Positions 28,509 through 37,366 of a stretch of DNA of 64,000 nt are shown one piece after another. The translations under genes and the position numbers were made by a program. The stretch is from a virus. Where the stretch lies: IMG/VR virus record IMGVR_UViG_3300023176_002545, one strand, 5' to 3'. Under the pieces are notes generated by a model. It saw only the letters and a program-made list of their open reading frames with translations, had not been told where the DNA came from and did not search any database. Positions within the stretch are counted from its first letter, which is position 1. Each line of letters opens with the position of its first letter.

Positions 28509-29038
28509 CGTACTCTCAATTCCTCAATGTTAATTGGAGTGTAGTTGATTTGCTCAACACACACGCATTTGTGGAACTCAGTTGGCGATGGATTCTGGTG
28601 AATGTGTCCGTGTACGTTTACCATACTGCCTTCGCCGAATCTGTGACTTTCCGCCAATGTACTGTTGTGTACAGGAACGTGAGTCAACAACAATCCAAAC
28701 TCTGGAAACATTCTCCACATGTCGATCTTGCCCCACCAGCCGCCAGCAGCGTGGAACTTGATGTTGTCGTGGTTACCGACGATCAAACGCTTCTGTCCGT
28801 TCAAGCGAGGCATGTTAGTGTCCATCCACTCTTGTTTGCGAGTGCCAAACAACACATCGCCCAAGTGGTACACTTTGTCACCTGGCTTGACTACACTGTT
28901 CCAGTTAGCAATCATAGTCTCGTTCATTTCGTCTACGTCCGCGAAGTTACGAGTAGGTTTGCCAACCTTGTCAGTGAAGTTTAAGATGTTGGCGTGATCA
29001 AAGTGTGTGTCACTGATTACCCAAATATCTCTTGCCAT
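28505..29038 (-). CDS. Calcineurin-like metallophosphoesterase
   Basis: SDTH, HLGD, GNHD, LTH, HGHIH motifs. Confidence 0.9.
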   Translation of the reverse strand: MARDIWVISDTHFDHANILNFTDKVGKPTRNFADVDEMNETMIANWNSVVKPGDKVYHLGDVLFGTRKQEWMDTNMPRLNGQKRLIVGNHDNIKFHAAGGWWGKIDMWRMFPEFGLLLTHVPVHNSTLAESHRFGEGSMVNVHGHIHQNPSPTEFHKCVCVEQINYTPINIEELRVR

Positions 29039-29066
29039 AGTGTTACCCTCTTATCTAATATTTGTT

Positions 29067-29095
29067 AGTTTAATTTCATTTAACTAGTTTGTCAA
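29067..29095 (-). promoter_or_regulatory. sigma70-type promoter
   Basis: TTGACA-17nt-TAAACT. Confidence 0.65.
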
Positions 29096-29788
29096 GTGGT
29101 TTATAATAAATTTGGCAACTTTTTTGAATGCATAACTATTCAAATGACAACCGTCTTCTATACTAATGTCGTTTTTTAGCATACGATCATACTTTTTAAT
29201 GTAGTTTGATGTTGCTTCTAGCCAAACACTTACATCAGCGTGTTTTAAGTTACCCATAAGTTTTAAGTCACCGCTGCCATCATGTACACTGTACTTTTCT
29301 GTGTCTATTGTACTATCTAAAAAATTTAGTATACTAGGTATAACTACTTTGATGTTATGTGTTTTGTAGTTGTCTATTCTACTAAGTCCACCTAAACATA
29401 ATACTTTAGTGTTGTATTGTAATTGAATAGCGTCTAATCTGTCAAGTATTTCTTTTTGTCTTGTAACTAGTATGTTTTCTAAATCTATGTGATGTGGAAG
29501 AGAATCTTCGTTTGAATCTCTTCTGTGTCGTAACAAATCACTTTGTATAAAAATAACACAAGGATAATTATGATATTCTAATGCACATTCTATGCTATCT
29601 AGTATATCGTAATTATTGTAGCCGCCACATGAAATGTTTTGTACACTAATATGTTCGTCTAGATGTGTAGCAAGTCCTTGATGTTCGTGCGGCACACCCC
29701 AGCTATCAGCACACAATAATACCTTACATGTCTTGTCTAGTAAATGTGTATCTCGTGGTAGTTGATGTGTATCTAAACGTTTTTTCAT
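29084..29788 (-). CDS. SGNH/GDSL hydrolase-like protein
   Basis: LCADSWG (GDS-like block I), SCGG.NN (block II), DGCHLN (DxxH block V). Confidence 0.5.
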   Translation of the reverse strand: MKKRLDTHQLPRDTHLLDKTCKVLLCADSWGVPHEHQGLATHLDEHISVQNISCGGYNNYDILDSIECALEYHNYPCVIFIQSDLLRHRRDSNEDSLPHHIDLENILVTRQKEILDRLDAIQLQYNTKVLCLGGLSRIDNYKTHNIKVVIPSILNFLDSTIDTEKYSVHDGSGDLKLMGNLKHADVSVWLEATSNYIKKYDRMLKNDISIEDGCHLNSYAFKKVAKFIINHLTN

Positions 29789-30165
29789 TGTTCTTTGGAT
29801 TGCCTGTTCATTGCTTTTGTAAGTCCATACTTGCGTATGTCTCCGCTGAAAAGATGCAATTCGACTGCTTTCTTTTCATCAGTAACTACAATGCCATGAC
29901 GTCCAACCCAATAAGGACAATTAATAAATCTGTCTAAAAAAATAATAACTTGGCTAGTTATTTTAAAGTCTTTTGGAAAAGGAACATCGTATGTTTGTAT
30001 TTGTAGTTCCTCGGTGATGAACATCATCCCTTCATCAGTTAATCTAAGGCCACCGTTAAGTCGTGTGTTTTGCCACCATACAGGCAAGTTTTGTTTTAAA
30101 GTAACTTCGTTAACTGCTTGTCCTGATGATCTTAGAAAAACTTTTGTAAGGGATTCTTTATTCAT
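29785..30165 (-). CDS. Hypothetical protein
   Basis: ORF in a tightly coupled run. Confidence 0.7.
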   Translation of the reverse strand: MNKESLTKVFLRSSGQAVNEVTLKQNLPVWWQNTRLNGGLRLTDEGMMFITEELQIQTYDVPFPKDFKITSQVIIFLDRFINCPYWVGRHGIVVTDEKKAVELHLFSGDIRKYGLTKAMNRQSKEQ

Positions 30166-30451
30166 TTTCACTTTCTATTGTCCCCTGAGTAAGTTTATAA
30201 ACGGCAAACTCGTCGGTGTCGAATAGAGTGTTTAATTTTTTTGATAAGTTATGTGCGTGGCCTGGGTTAGAAAAACTTGTTTTCTTATATTTAGGTCCTG
30301 GATAGCTCGTTAACATATTAGAGCTTTTTAAGTTAAAAGGCTTTCCCTGGAAAAACACAGCCCAGATTGCTTCAGAGTCAAGAATTTGTTCTACTTTGTA
30401 AGTTTTCTTATTTACATGCTCTAATAGCACATTTGGTTTAGGTCTGCTCAT
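30158..30451 (-). CDS. Hypothetical protein
   Basis: 97-aa ORF with AAGGA SD, upstream GATAAATA and a hairpin over the start. Confidence 0.75.
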   Translation of the reverse strand: MSRPKPNVLLEHVNKKTYKVEQILDSEAIWAVFFQGKPFNLKSSNMLTSYPGPKYKKTSFSNPGHAHNLSKKLNTLFDTDEFAVYKLTQGTIESENE

Positions 30452-30490
30452 ATGCGTATTTCCTTAAAATAAACTACGCATATATTTATC
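30450..30490 (-). promoter_or_regulatory. Late-promoter-like motif overlapping a start-codon-sequestering hairpin
   Basis: GATAAATA 30490-30483; 9-bp inverted repeat ATATGCGTA/TACGCATAT at 30450-58 and 30475-83. Confidence 0.6.
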
Positions 30491-30496
30491 CTTTTT

Positions 30497-30748
30497 TTAG
30501 CTTTTGCCCCAACCTGAACCGCCATCTAATTCAACGGTAATATCTTCTGTAGATGTGTTTGATGAAGAGTTTCTTAATAGATCTTCGTAGTTGCCTGCAA
30601 GTCTTGACATAACAATACCTAGAGTATTTGCTAGTGTACGAGCAGTTGCCATAGTAAGTTTTACTTCTTTCTGATTGGCTTTGTCTAACTGTTCAACAGT
30701 TTTAATAAACTGCTGTATTGGCAATGTATTCAATGGTTCACTTGGCAC
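30497..30748 (-). CDS. Hypothetical protein
   Basis: 83-aa ORF with AGGAG SD, GTG start. Confidence 0.65.
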   Translation of the reverse strand: MPSEPLNTLPIQQFIKTVEQLDKANQKEVKLTMATARTLANTLGIVMSRLAGNYEDLLRNSSSNTSTEDITVELDGGSGWGKS

Positions 30749-31205
30749 GACTCAACTCCTGACGCATTTCAATATCTGTTTTAAAAGGTCCTTTATATTC
30801 ATATCGCTCAAGTGTAATTAGCTTAGGACAATGACTTTTAACCCAACCTTTGTCAAATTTAATAATATAGTAACCTGCACAATAAAGACTCTTTGACTTT
30901 TCACTTTTAGTAAACAGTGGAAGGTTGCGTTTCACATCATACATAGTATTGTATGGTTTTCCGCTGGTTGTGTAACCATTAATTTCTTTTACATCATCAA
31001 CACTAACAATTTTAGTTTTTGCTTCAAAAAAGTCAGGACCAAATGTTTTGATAAGAGACTTTTTGCTATTGTAATTGCTTACACCTCTAGCACTACTAAT
31101 CACATACTTGTTATTTTCATCTATACGTAACGTACCTACTCTAGTTCCTTGTTCTTCTAAGATCCAGAACTTCCCGTCAAGTATAGGCTTTGCTTTTACA
31201 GTCAT
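30738..31205 (-). CDS. Hypothetical protein
   Basis: 155-aa ORF, ATGA coupling. Confidence 0.7.
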   Translation of the reverse strand: MTVKAKPILDGKFWILEEQGTRVGTLRIDENNKYVISSARGVSNYNSKKSLIKTFGPDFFEAKTKIVSVDDVKEINGYTTSGKPYNTMYDVKRNLPLFTKSEKSKSLYCAGYYIIKFDKGWVKSHCPKLITLERYEYKGPFKTDIEMRQELSRAK

Positions 31206-32188
31206 ACAGGGTACCTCGCTGCCAATGGTTTAGAATATTGTTCTGCTTGGTCTGCAATACGTTGCATATCCCATTTAGCACAGAACTTCATTAAGCGTAA
31301 TCCAACTTGTGCAATTTCTTTAGGTTGCACAGATGTTACGGTATTATTTATAATCTCTCTAATCTCTGCAGGTTGTGCAGTCAAATCACAAAGAGTTACA
31401 TTGCGATTGTAGTCATCTAGTACACGATGTTCATCGCCATTATGATCAACCCAACGCTGTAGCATAAGATTATTCCAGTTAAAACCTTTCGTTGTTTTAT
31501 CTTCGAACGCTTCAAGTAATCCAACTTTGTTTTTTGTGCCTTTTGTTCGTACACCTGGGTAAGCACTGAATACGTTATCACTAGTATCTCCTCGCATACA
31601 TTTTTCAAACAGTAACCATTGTGGATCAGGAGCACCTTTAGGCTCACCTGTCTTTTTATCTATAACAGGTTGCTTTTTCTTATCGTCAAAGTAACCTTCA
31701 TGTGTAATAATTGTATTGCTAACACCATTGTACTGTTTTACATTAGGTGCAATAAGTTGTGCAAAGTCACCATCTGTACTAATAATAACGTGATCGTCAT
31801 CTGGATGATTTTGTACCCAACCTGCAATAAGATCATCTGCTTCTAGTTGCGGATGTCGAATCATTGTACAGTTAGTTTTAGTATCAATAAAATCTTTAAA
31901 CTCATCAAAGATTTCCCAAAACACTTTATCTTCTTCTGCTTCACGCGGATTCATTGCATCGCGTGTTTCTTGTCTGTTACGTTTGTATGGCTCGTAATAA
32001 TCTTTACGCCAACTACGGCCTTCTAAACAAAACACCACATGATCTGCATTAAAGTCATTCCATGCTTTTTTAATGCTGTTAAGTGTAATGTGTAATGCCA
32101 TACCTACTTTAGTATCTACATCGCCACGTACAACATGACGAGCTCTAAAGAAAGTGTTAGCAGTGTCTACTAATACATATGTACTCAT
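31202..32188 (-). CDS. rnh: T4-like RNase H / 5'-3' exonuclease (FEN family)
   Basis: LVDTAN, SWRKDYY..YK.NR, LEADD, ISTDGDF.QL, GDTSDNV. Confidence 0.9.
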   Translation of the reverse strand: MSTYVLVDTANTFFRARHVVRGDVDTKVGMALHITLNSIKKAWNDFNADHVVFCLEGRSWRKDYYEPYKRNRQETRDAMNPREAEEDKVFWEIFDEFKDFIDTKTNCTMIRHPQLEADDLIAGWVQNHPDDDHVIISTDGDFAQLIAPNVKQYNGVSNTIITHEGYFDDKKKQPVIDKKTGEPKGAPDPQWLLFEKCMRGDTSDNVFSAYPGVRTKGTKNKVGLLEAFEDKTTKGFNWNNLMLQRWVDHNGDEHRVLDDYNRNVTLCDLTAQPAEIREIINNTVTSVQPKEIAQVGLRLMKFCAKWDMQRIADQAEQYSKPLAARYPV

Positions 32189-32898
32189 TTTTCAAATATT
32201 CTCTTCATTGATCGTTTAAACAGGTTGTACATGTCTTCTAACTTTAGTCCTGGATAGTAATCTTTTAAACTAGTTGCCTTTGCTTGTTCTTGCAGTAGTA
32301 GATGTTTGCGATCAGAATCTTCAACTCTAACAAGTTTTACAGTGTCGTCTGTTCTAAATCTAACTGCATACAAAGGATCACCTCTTTTAAATTTTACTTC
32401 TGTTACGCCAGGCTTTACAAAAAACGTAAAGTTAGTAGGCCTGCACCATTTACTAATATTAAACTCACCTGGCATATTTGTCAAGTCTAAATTTACCAAA
32501 GGAGGCTGAACTATTTCCATTATAATGTTATCACCGTTGTTTACAAAATAGTATTGTAATCCAACGTTTATGCAAGGTATTCCGTTCATTAGTTTGCTTT
32601 CAGGTGCATTTACATCTAAATAAGGACCAAGTGGTCTTGATTTTGATCTAGTATTGCTAATGCCCCAATGCTCGTCGCTGATTTTTCCAATTGTAAAATC
32701 AATAGGACTAGTAATATAGAATGTGTTTTTTACGTGGCTTGTAAATGCAGGACATTTAAAAACATCCATAGTACCATACTTGTCTTTAAGATAAGACAAT
32801 ACAGGAACAGGTTCGTTAATCAAAAGATCATCTTCGAACAAGTTGCTTATTTGTTGTCTGGTACTGGACAACATTCCAAAATACTCAACAGTTTGCAT
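32185..32898 (-). CDS. Hypothetical protein
   Basis: 237-aa ORF; KRGDPLYAV weakly recalls dUTPase-like beta-clip folds. Confidence 0.6.
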   Translation of the reverse strand: MQTVEYFGMLSSTRQQISNLFEDDLLINEPVPVLSYLKDKYGTMDVFKCPAFTSHVKNTFYITSPIDFTIGKISDEHWGISNTRSKSRPLGPYLDVNAPESKLMNGIPCINVGLQYYFVNNGDNIIMEIVQPPLVNLDLTNMPGEFNISKWCRPTNFTFFVKPGVTEVKFKRGDPLYAVRFRTDDTVKLVRVEDSDRKHLLLQEQAKATSLKDYYPGLKLEDMYNLFKRSMKRIFEK

Positions 32899-33293
32899 TA
32901 ACTAACTTCGCTTTTGTCTTTGTCAATTGGCACTACGTTAATATAACCCATTCCTCTATCAGATGATTGACCATCTTCTTCTAGCATTTGAATAACAATA
33001 GTTCTAAACCATTTGTCAACTATCTGTTCAGGAGTTTCACCTTTGTATCCTGCATCAAGTAACTGTTCAATAAACTCGTTGTTCCAATCAAGTTCAAAGA
33101 AACCGTTTCGAATATTATCAGGATTAATTTGTGTATCAAGTACAGCAACCCAAGGTTTGCCTTCTTTTGTTGCAGCCTGTTTTTCAGCCTCAAGAGCTTC
33201 TCGGCGAATTTCTTCCTGTGTCTTTTCTTTTACAGGTTCTTCAATCTTAGATTTGATTCCTGCATCTCTTACTAGTTTACTCCACCATCCCAT
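32898..33293 (-). CDS. Hypothetical protein
   Basis: 131-aa ORF with AGGAG SD. Confidence 0.7.
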   Translation of the reverse strand: MGWWSKLVRDAGIKSKIEEPVKEKTQEEIRREALEAEKQAATKEGKPWVAVLDTQINPDNIRNGFFELDWNNEFIEQLLDAGYKGETPEQIVDKWFRTIVIQMLEEDGQSSDRGMGYINVVPIDKDKSEVS

Positions 33294-33409
33294 TACATAT
33301 GTCTCCTTACACGTTCAACAAAAGCATCGTCAACATTGACTTTTGCTTTTGCTTGTTGTTCTTTTTCAAATTCGTCTGGGTCAAACGCATTCTCAAGTCC
33401 CCCACGCAT
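33293..33409 (-). CDS. Small ORF or frameshifted C-terminal extension of QueE
   Basis: 38-codon ORF (MRGGLENAF...) in the +1 frame of QueE across a G5 run; its TAA overlaps the next ATG. Confidence 0.35.
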   Translation of the reverse strand: MRGGLENAFDPDEFEKEQQAKAKVNVDDAFVERVRRHM

Positions 33410-34286
33410 TTCCGAATAAGGATATGTGTAGTCGCGGCGTAAACCGCCATCCTTTTTCCATGCAGACTTCTGCAACTTCTTTGACGTTGAGGTTGTATTC
33501 TTCACTGCGTCCGCCCAGCGGCATACAATATACCGGACATTGTACCCCGGCGTCTCTGTAAGCCTCCACAGCTCTTTCAGCTTCTTCAATGTCGTCACGA
33601 TTAGCGACAACAAACTTGAGATAAAGGTCACTACCGTCAACAAGGCTATACTCACGAGCGACAGCAGGCAGTATAGCAGTATCCCAAGGTTCTCCGCTAA
33701 CACTAAGTTTTGGGGAACAAGACCACGTGACTGCAAATCTGTTTTGATCTGTGAGATAGTTGAAGAAATCATCATGTAGATGTTGTGTAGTGTTTGTTTC
33801 AAATGTAACATTTTTCAAGTCCTGCATCTTTGGATGCTCAAATAAATCGATGTATAACTTTTGCCATGCAAGCAAAGGCTCTCCACCTGTCATAATTAAA
33901 TGGATATCTTGTCCATTATCCTGTGTCCACTTACCATTAGGAGTAAGTGACAATAAATGTTCAACAACTTCGTCTACTTCTTTAAGCATATTAAAGTCTT
34001 TAAACTCAGGATAGATACTTGCATATGTATCACAGCCTGTGTGAATAATAGGTAAGTCGTTAAACTCCTTTGTAGTCTTGTGTACACCAGCATCGATAAG
34101 AGCCTTAACTTCGTCGTTATACTTCTTACCTTCTTTGTGCAGTGTCCATCTATCTTTTGTTTCGCCAGTACCAAAGTTCATGCAGCGAAAGTTACAACCA
34201 AAGGTACGTAGAAATACACTAGGTACTCCTACAAACTTACCTTCACCTTGTACGCTATAAAATGCTTCTGAATATCTTAACTTCAT
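33393..34286 (-). CDS. queE: 7-carboxy-7-deazaguanine synthase (radical SAM)
   Basis: YSEAFYSVQGEG..VG.PSVFLR.FGCN.RC, GCDT, TGGEPL, FETN, SPKL, PRLH. Confidence 0.9.
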   Translation of the reverse strand: MKLRYSEAFYSVQGEGKFVGVPSVFLRTFGCNFRCMNFGTGETKDRWTLHKEGKKYNDEVKALIDAGVHKTTKEFNDLPIIHTGCDTYASIYPEFKDFNMLKEVDEVVEHLLSLTPNGKWTQDNGQDIHLIMTGGEPLLAWQKLYIDLFEHPKMQDLKNVTFETNTTQHLHDDFFNYLTDQNRFAVTWSCSPKLSVSGEPWDTAILPAVAREYSLVDGSDLYLKFVVANRDDIEEAERAVEAYRDAGVQCPVYCMPLGGRSEEYNLNVKEVAEVCMEKGWRFTPRLHISLFGNAWGT

Positions 34287-34969
34287 CGCGGTGCAAACTC
34301 CTGTTGCAGTTTAATGTTATCAAAGAACTCTTTCTTTGTACCTGCATCATCTTTGAAACTACCTTTTAGTACAGTTGTTTGTGTAAGACTACTGTGTGCC
34401 ATAATGCCACGGTTCTCACAACAACCGTGTGTTGCTTGGATATAAACACCTAAGTGTTTAGCACCTGTTGCTTTTGCAATCTCACGTGCAATATCATTTG
34501 CAAGTTCTTCTTGCAGTGTGCCACGTCTAGCACACCACTGTGCAATACGTGTATACTTTGACAAGCCAATTAGTTTGTCTGCGGCAATAATACCAATGTA
34601 TGCTACACCGCTTACTGGTTGGTGATGATGTGAACACATGCTCTTTAGTTCTGAACGAACCACTAGCATACCTTCATAACGATCATCGCTGTCATTTGGA
34701 AATGCTGTTGCACTTGGAATAGGATCATATCGTCCACTCATAATTTCATTAAAATACATCTTTGCAAGACGTCTTGCAGTACCTTTTGAGTTTGGATCAT
34801 TATGTCGATCAATTACAAGTGAATCTAATACTTGCTCAAACGCTTCAGTTGCTTCTTCAATCAACTGTTCTTTGTCGCCCGCTTGTAGGACTTCTGAAAT
34901 GTTGTCACCTGCCCAATAGCGGATACCAGCATCTTCTAGTTTTGCTTTAATTTGTAGTGCTTTGCTCAT
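34283..34969 (-). CDS. folE: GTP cyclohydrolase I
   Basis: TARRLAKMY, SMCSHH, GLSKYTRI, LQEEL, HGCC..RG. Confidence 0.95.
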   Translation of the reverse strand: MSKALQIKAKLEDAGIRYWAGDNISEVLQAGDKEQLIEEATEAFEQVLDSLVIDRHNDPNSKGTARRLAKMYFNEIMSGRYDPIPSATAFPNDSDDRYEGMLVVRSELKSMCSHHHQPVSGVAYIGIIAADKLIGLSKYTRIAQWCARRGTLQEELANDIAREIAKATGAKHLGVYIQATHGCCENRGIMAHSSLTQTTVLKGSFKDDAGTKKEFFDNIKLQQEFAPR

Positions 34970-35015
34970 CAATGTTTTTACTCCGAGTTAAAGACGAGGA
35001 TGTCTTATTGTTTAT

Positions 35016-35044
35016 AGTATACACTTATTTAGGTTTTATGTCAA
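35016..35044 (-). promoter_or_regulatory. sigma70-type promoter (spacer also contains CTAAATA)
   Basis: TTGACA-17nt-TATACT. Confidence 0.8.
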
Positions 35045-35046
35045 GT

Positions 35047-35259
35047 TTATTCTTTAAAATAACCGTCAATAACTTCCAAAACATCATGATACTTTGCTAT
35101 TTCCATCATTTCTTTTTCAATTTCATCACCAATGTTTCCGTGTTCTCCAATTCCTACAGGATTGTTTAGTAGCACTTCTACGTTAATGCGATGTTTTTCA
35201 ATGTGTCCTAGAGCATGATCTCTAGCAGCCTTCAGCAAATGCGATCTCAAGTTGGTCAT
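35047..35259 (-). CDS. Hypothetical protein
   Basis: AAAGGA SD before MTNLRSH. Confidence 0.65.
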   Translation of the reverse strand: MTNLRSHLLKAARDHALGHIEKHRINVEVLLNNPVGIGEHGNIGDEIEKEMMEIAKYHDVLEVIDGYFKE

Positions 35260-35641
35260 TGTTTTTCCTTTCATATTTTTGCTGTGACGGAATGACGCCT
35301 CGAACGCCGCCTCTTGGATCTTCCATATCTCCGTCTCTACGGAAGATCAAATGAACATGTGGATACATGCAAGTTTGCCCTGCACTTTCTCCCATATTAA
35401 TTCCTACATTAAATCCTGTAATAGGATTACTATCTGATTCAACATTCATTGTACCCATTTCCATAGCAAACTTAAAACATTTTAAAATGTTTTCTTGTGT
35501 GTTTTCTTTTGGAACAACTAGAGTATGTCCTAGTGTTACGGGATAGATATCTTCGTATACAACAAAGTCCCTAGTATTTAAAAACACTTGAGTCCAAGGT
35601 GCTCTACCTTCTTCTTGTGCCTTTTCTAATGTATCAATCAT
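35222..35641 (-). CDS. HIT family hydrolase
   Basis: YPVTLGHTLVVPK, GFNVG.N.GE.AGQT..YPHVHLI..R.GD. Confidence 0.9.
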   Translation of the reverse strand: MIDTLEKAQEEGRAPWTQVFLNTRDFVVYEDIYPVTLGHTLVVPKENTQENILKCFKFAMEMGTMNVESDSNPITGFNVGINMGESAGQTCMYPHVHLIFRRDGDMEDPRGGVRGVIPSQQKYERKNNDQLEIAFAEGC

Positions 35642-35792
35642 CTTTTTCCTTAATATGCCGATAGTCTAAATACCCAGAACACCATTCATAAAATTGTCTA
35701 TCAGTGTCTGCCCAACATTCTGCAAAGACTTTGTCTTTTTTACGCATTTCTTTGTATTGTTTTCTTGCTTCTTTTTCAGTTATTTGAGTCAT
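35634..35792 (-). CDS. Small hypothetical protein (52 aa, absent from ORF track)
   Basis: AGGAGAGT-ATG; MTQITEKEARKQYKEMRKK...; fills the gap between PRTase and HIT genes. Confidence 0.65.
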   Translation of the reverse strand: MTQITEKEARKQYKEMRKKDKVFAECWADTDRQFYEWCSGYLDYRHIKEKDD

Positions 35793-36348
35793 ACTCTCCT
35801 ACATTCTCCCAGGGATATACTAACCATACATCTTCCTCGGCTTTGTTTACTTCGTGTGTACTGTAACTTACACCATCAAATTCTGAACTTAAATTTTCTG
35901 TAATAACTGCAAAGCGGACATTGTTGCCCCAGACACTATTCCAGTCTTCTGAATCTGGCAAACAAGTGCTTTGCCAATCTTCTTTAATCCAGTTAAACGT
36001 AGCACCAGTATCGTTGATATCATCTACAATAAGAATGTTTTTACGGTTGTCTGCACTTGTTTTGTTATGCCCCATTGCAGGATCATAGTAATCACTTGAT
36101 ACATAACCGTAAGCATCTTCGCTCATCCAACAGTTAGTTTCGCTTTCGCTATCATCGTCACGTAAACTTACCTTTAGTGCTTCACACCGAATTTTTAACA
36201 TATTACTAAGAATAGTAGCAGGTACGTTGCCACCTCGTGTAATCCCTACAATATAATCAGGCTTCCAGTTGTCGTTGTACATTTGTAGTGCGATACTTAG
36301 GCAAGCACGTTCTACATCTTGCCAACTATAATAATGTTTCTTAATCAT
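35776..36348 (-). CDS. Type I phosphoribosyltransferase (xanthine-guanine PRT-like)
   Basis: IVGITRGG and PRPP loop ILIVDDINDTGAT; WLVYPWE. Confidence 0.9.
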   Translation of the reverse strand: MIKKHYYSWQDVERACLSIALQMYNDNWKPDYIVGITRGGNVPATILSNMLKIRCEALKVSLRDDDSESETNCWMSEDAYGYVSSDYYDPAMGHNKTSADNRKNILIVDDINDTGATFNWIKEDWQSTCLPDSEDWNSVWGNNVRFAVITENLSSEFDGVSYSTHEVNKAEEDVWLVYPWENVGEYDSNN

Positions 36349-36553
36349 TTTGTTTTTTCCGTAGTTTAGGATGGATAGTACGATCGTTGTAGATGTCGCC
36401 TGCCAGTGCTTGTATTTGTTCTACAAGGTGTGTAACGCTATCTACGTCATAAGGCTCACCCGGAGCCTTTTTATATTTTTCTCTGTGTGCTTGCACAGCC
36501 AATCCGTGCATTGCACTAATCTTGTCCATAAGATCTTGAATAGTGTGTTGCAT
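36341..36553 (-). CDS. Hypothetical protein
   Basis: 70-aa coupled ORF. Confidence 0.6.
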   Translation of the reverse strand: MQHTIQDLMDKISAMHGLAVQAHREKYKKAPGEPYDVDSVTHLVEQIQALAGDIYNDRTIHPKLRKKQND

Positions 36554-37074
36554 TATTCGCCCTTTGCTCCTCTTGCAAGATATTCTTCATTGTGAATCCA
36601 ACGGTATCCTGCATCAGCAATGTTTTCTACTTTTGTTGCATGTACAAAACGAACAAATCCCCATTCTTTTTGTTTGCGTCCCATAAAGAACAAACTCCAG
36701 CAAGGAATTTCATTACCGTCTGCGTCTTTAGCAAGTTCAAGCCAATGCAAATCATCTGGCTTACGAATACGGAAGTGTCCAGGGCCACGCCATACTTTTG
36801 TAGCACCTACAACAGCACCTTCTTTACTAATGATAGGAATGTGTTCCCAATAGCCGCCTTTAAGAATGAATGTAGCATATCCCCAAGGATGGTCGTGTAG
36901 TGTAGGTTCATCACTTTTTAAAACTTTGTGTAGTGTGATGTTAAAAGGAAAGTTCTTTCTGTCCTTTAAGAATACATAGTATCTAATAAGATAAGGCTCT
37001 GTTGAGCCACGTTCTGTGATTACTCGACGTCTGCCGAGCTTGTCCATAATCTTAGAAAGGAATGTCTTCATCAT
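36553..37074 (-). CDS. Cupin-like protein
   Basis: LHDHPW...GGYWE...H cupin motifs. Confidence 0.55.
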   Translation of the reverse strand: MMKTFLSKIMDKLGRRRVITERGSTEPYLIRYYVFLKDRKNFPFNITLHKVLKSDEPTLHDHPWGYATFILKGGYWEHIPIISKEGAVVGATKVWRGPGHFRIRKPDDLHWLELAKDADGNEIPCWSLFFMGRKQKEWGFVRFVHATKVENIADAGYRWIHNEEYLARGAKGE

Positions 37075-37366
37075 CTATTTCTCCTGCCTTTATTTTGCCT
37101 TCGTAGTCTTTTTCACACATGTCGTATATTACAATAAATTTTTCCCATACTTGTTTGAGTGCAGGATATTCTTTGCACATACTTTCAATTGTTGACCTAG
37201 ATAGTCTAGTATCAACATAACCTGAATTAATAGTAAATGTTCCGTCACTACCTACCCAGTCTGTGTCTAAAGTAGTACTATTAAAAGTTATAGTTGATCC
37301 AATGTCGCTAGTATAGTCTACATTGATATCTCCAATATCAATTGTAATAGTTCCGTCGTCACCCAT
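37052..37366 (-). CDS. Hypothetical protein
   Basis: 104-aa ORF, TAATG coupling; acidic DEDIPF tail. Confidence 0.6.
   Translation of the reverse strand: MGDDGTITIDIGDINVDYTSDIGSTITFNSTTLDTDWVGSDGTFTINSGYVDTRLSRSTIESMCKEYPALKQVWEKFIVIYDMCEKDYEGKIKAGEIDDEDIPF

Noticed and set aside
27909-28984. Plus-strand ORFs of 153 and 144 aa opposite the ligase and phosphoesterase genes
   Set aside because: Antisense shadow ORFs with no motif or SD; the same applies to the many other 60-140 aa antisense ORFs in the track
33410-33811. N-terminal part of the 172-aa ORF 33293-33811
   Set aside because: It lies in an alternative frame wholly inside queE and has non-coding-like composition; only the last 38 codons are plausible
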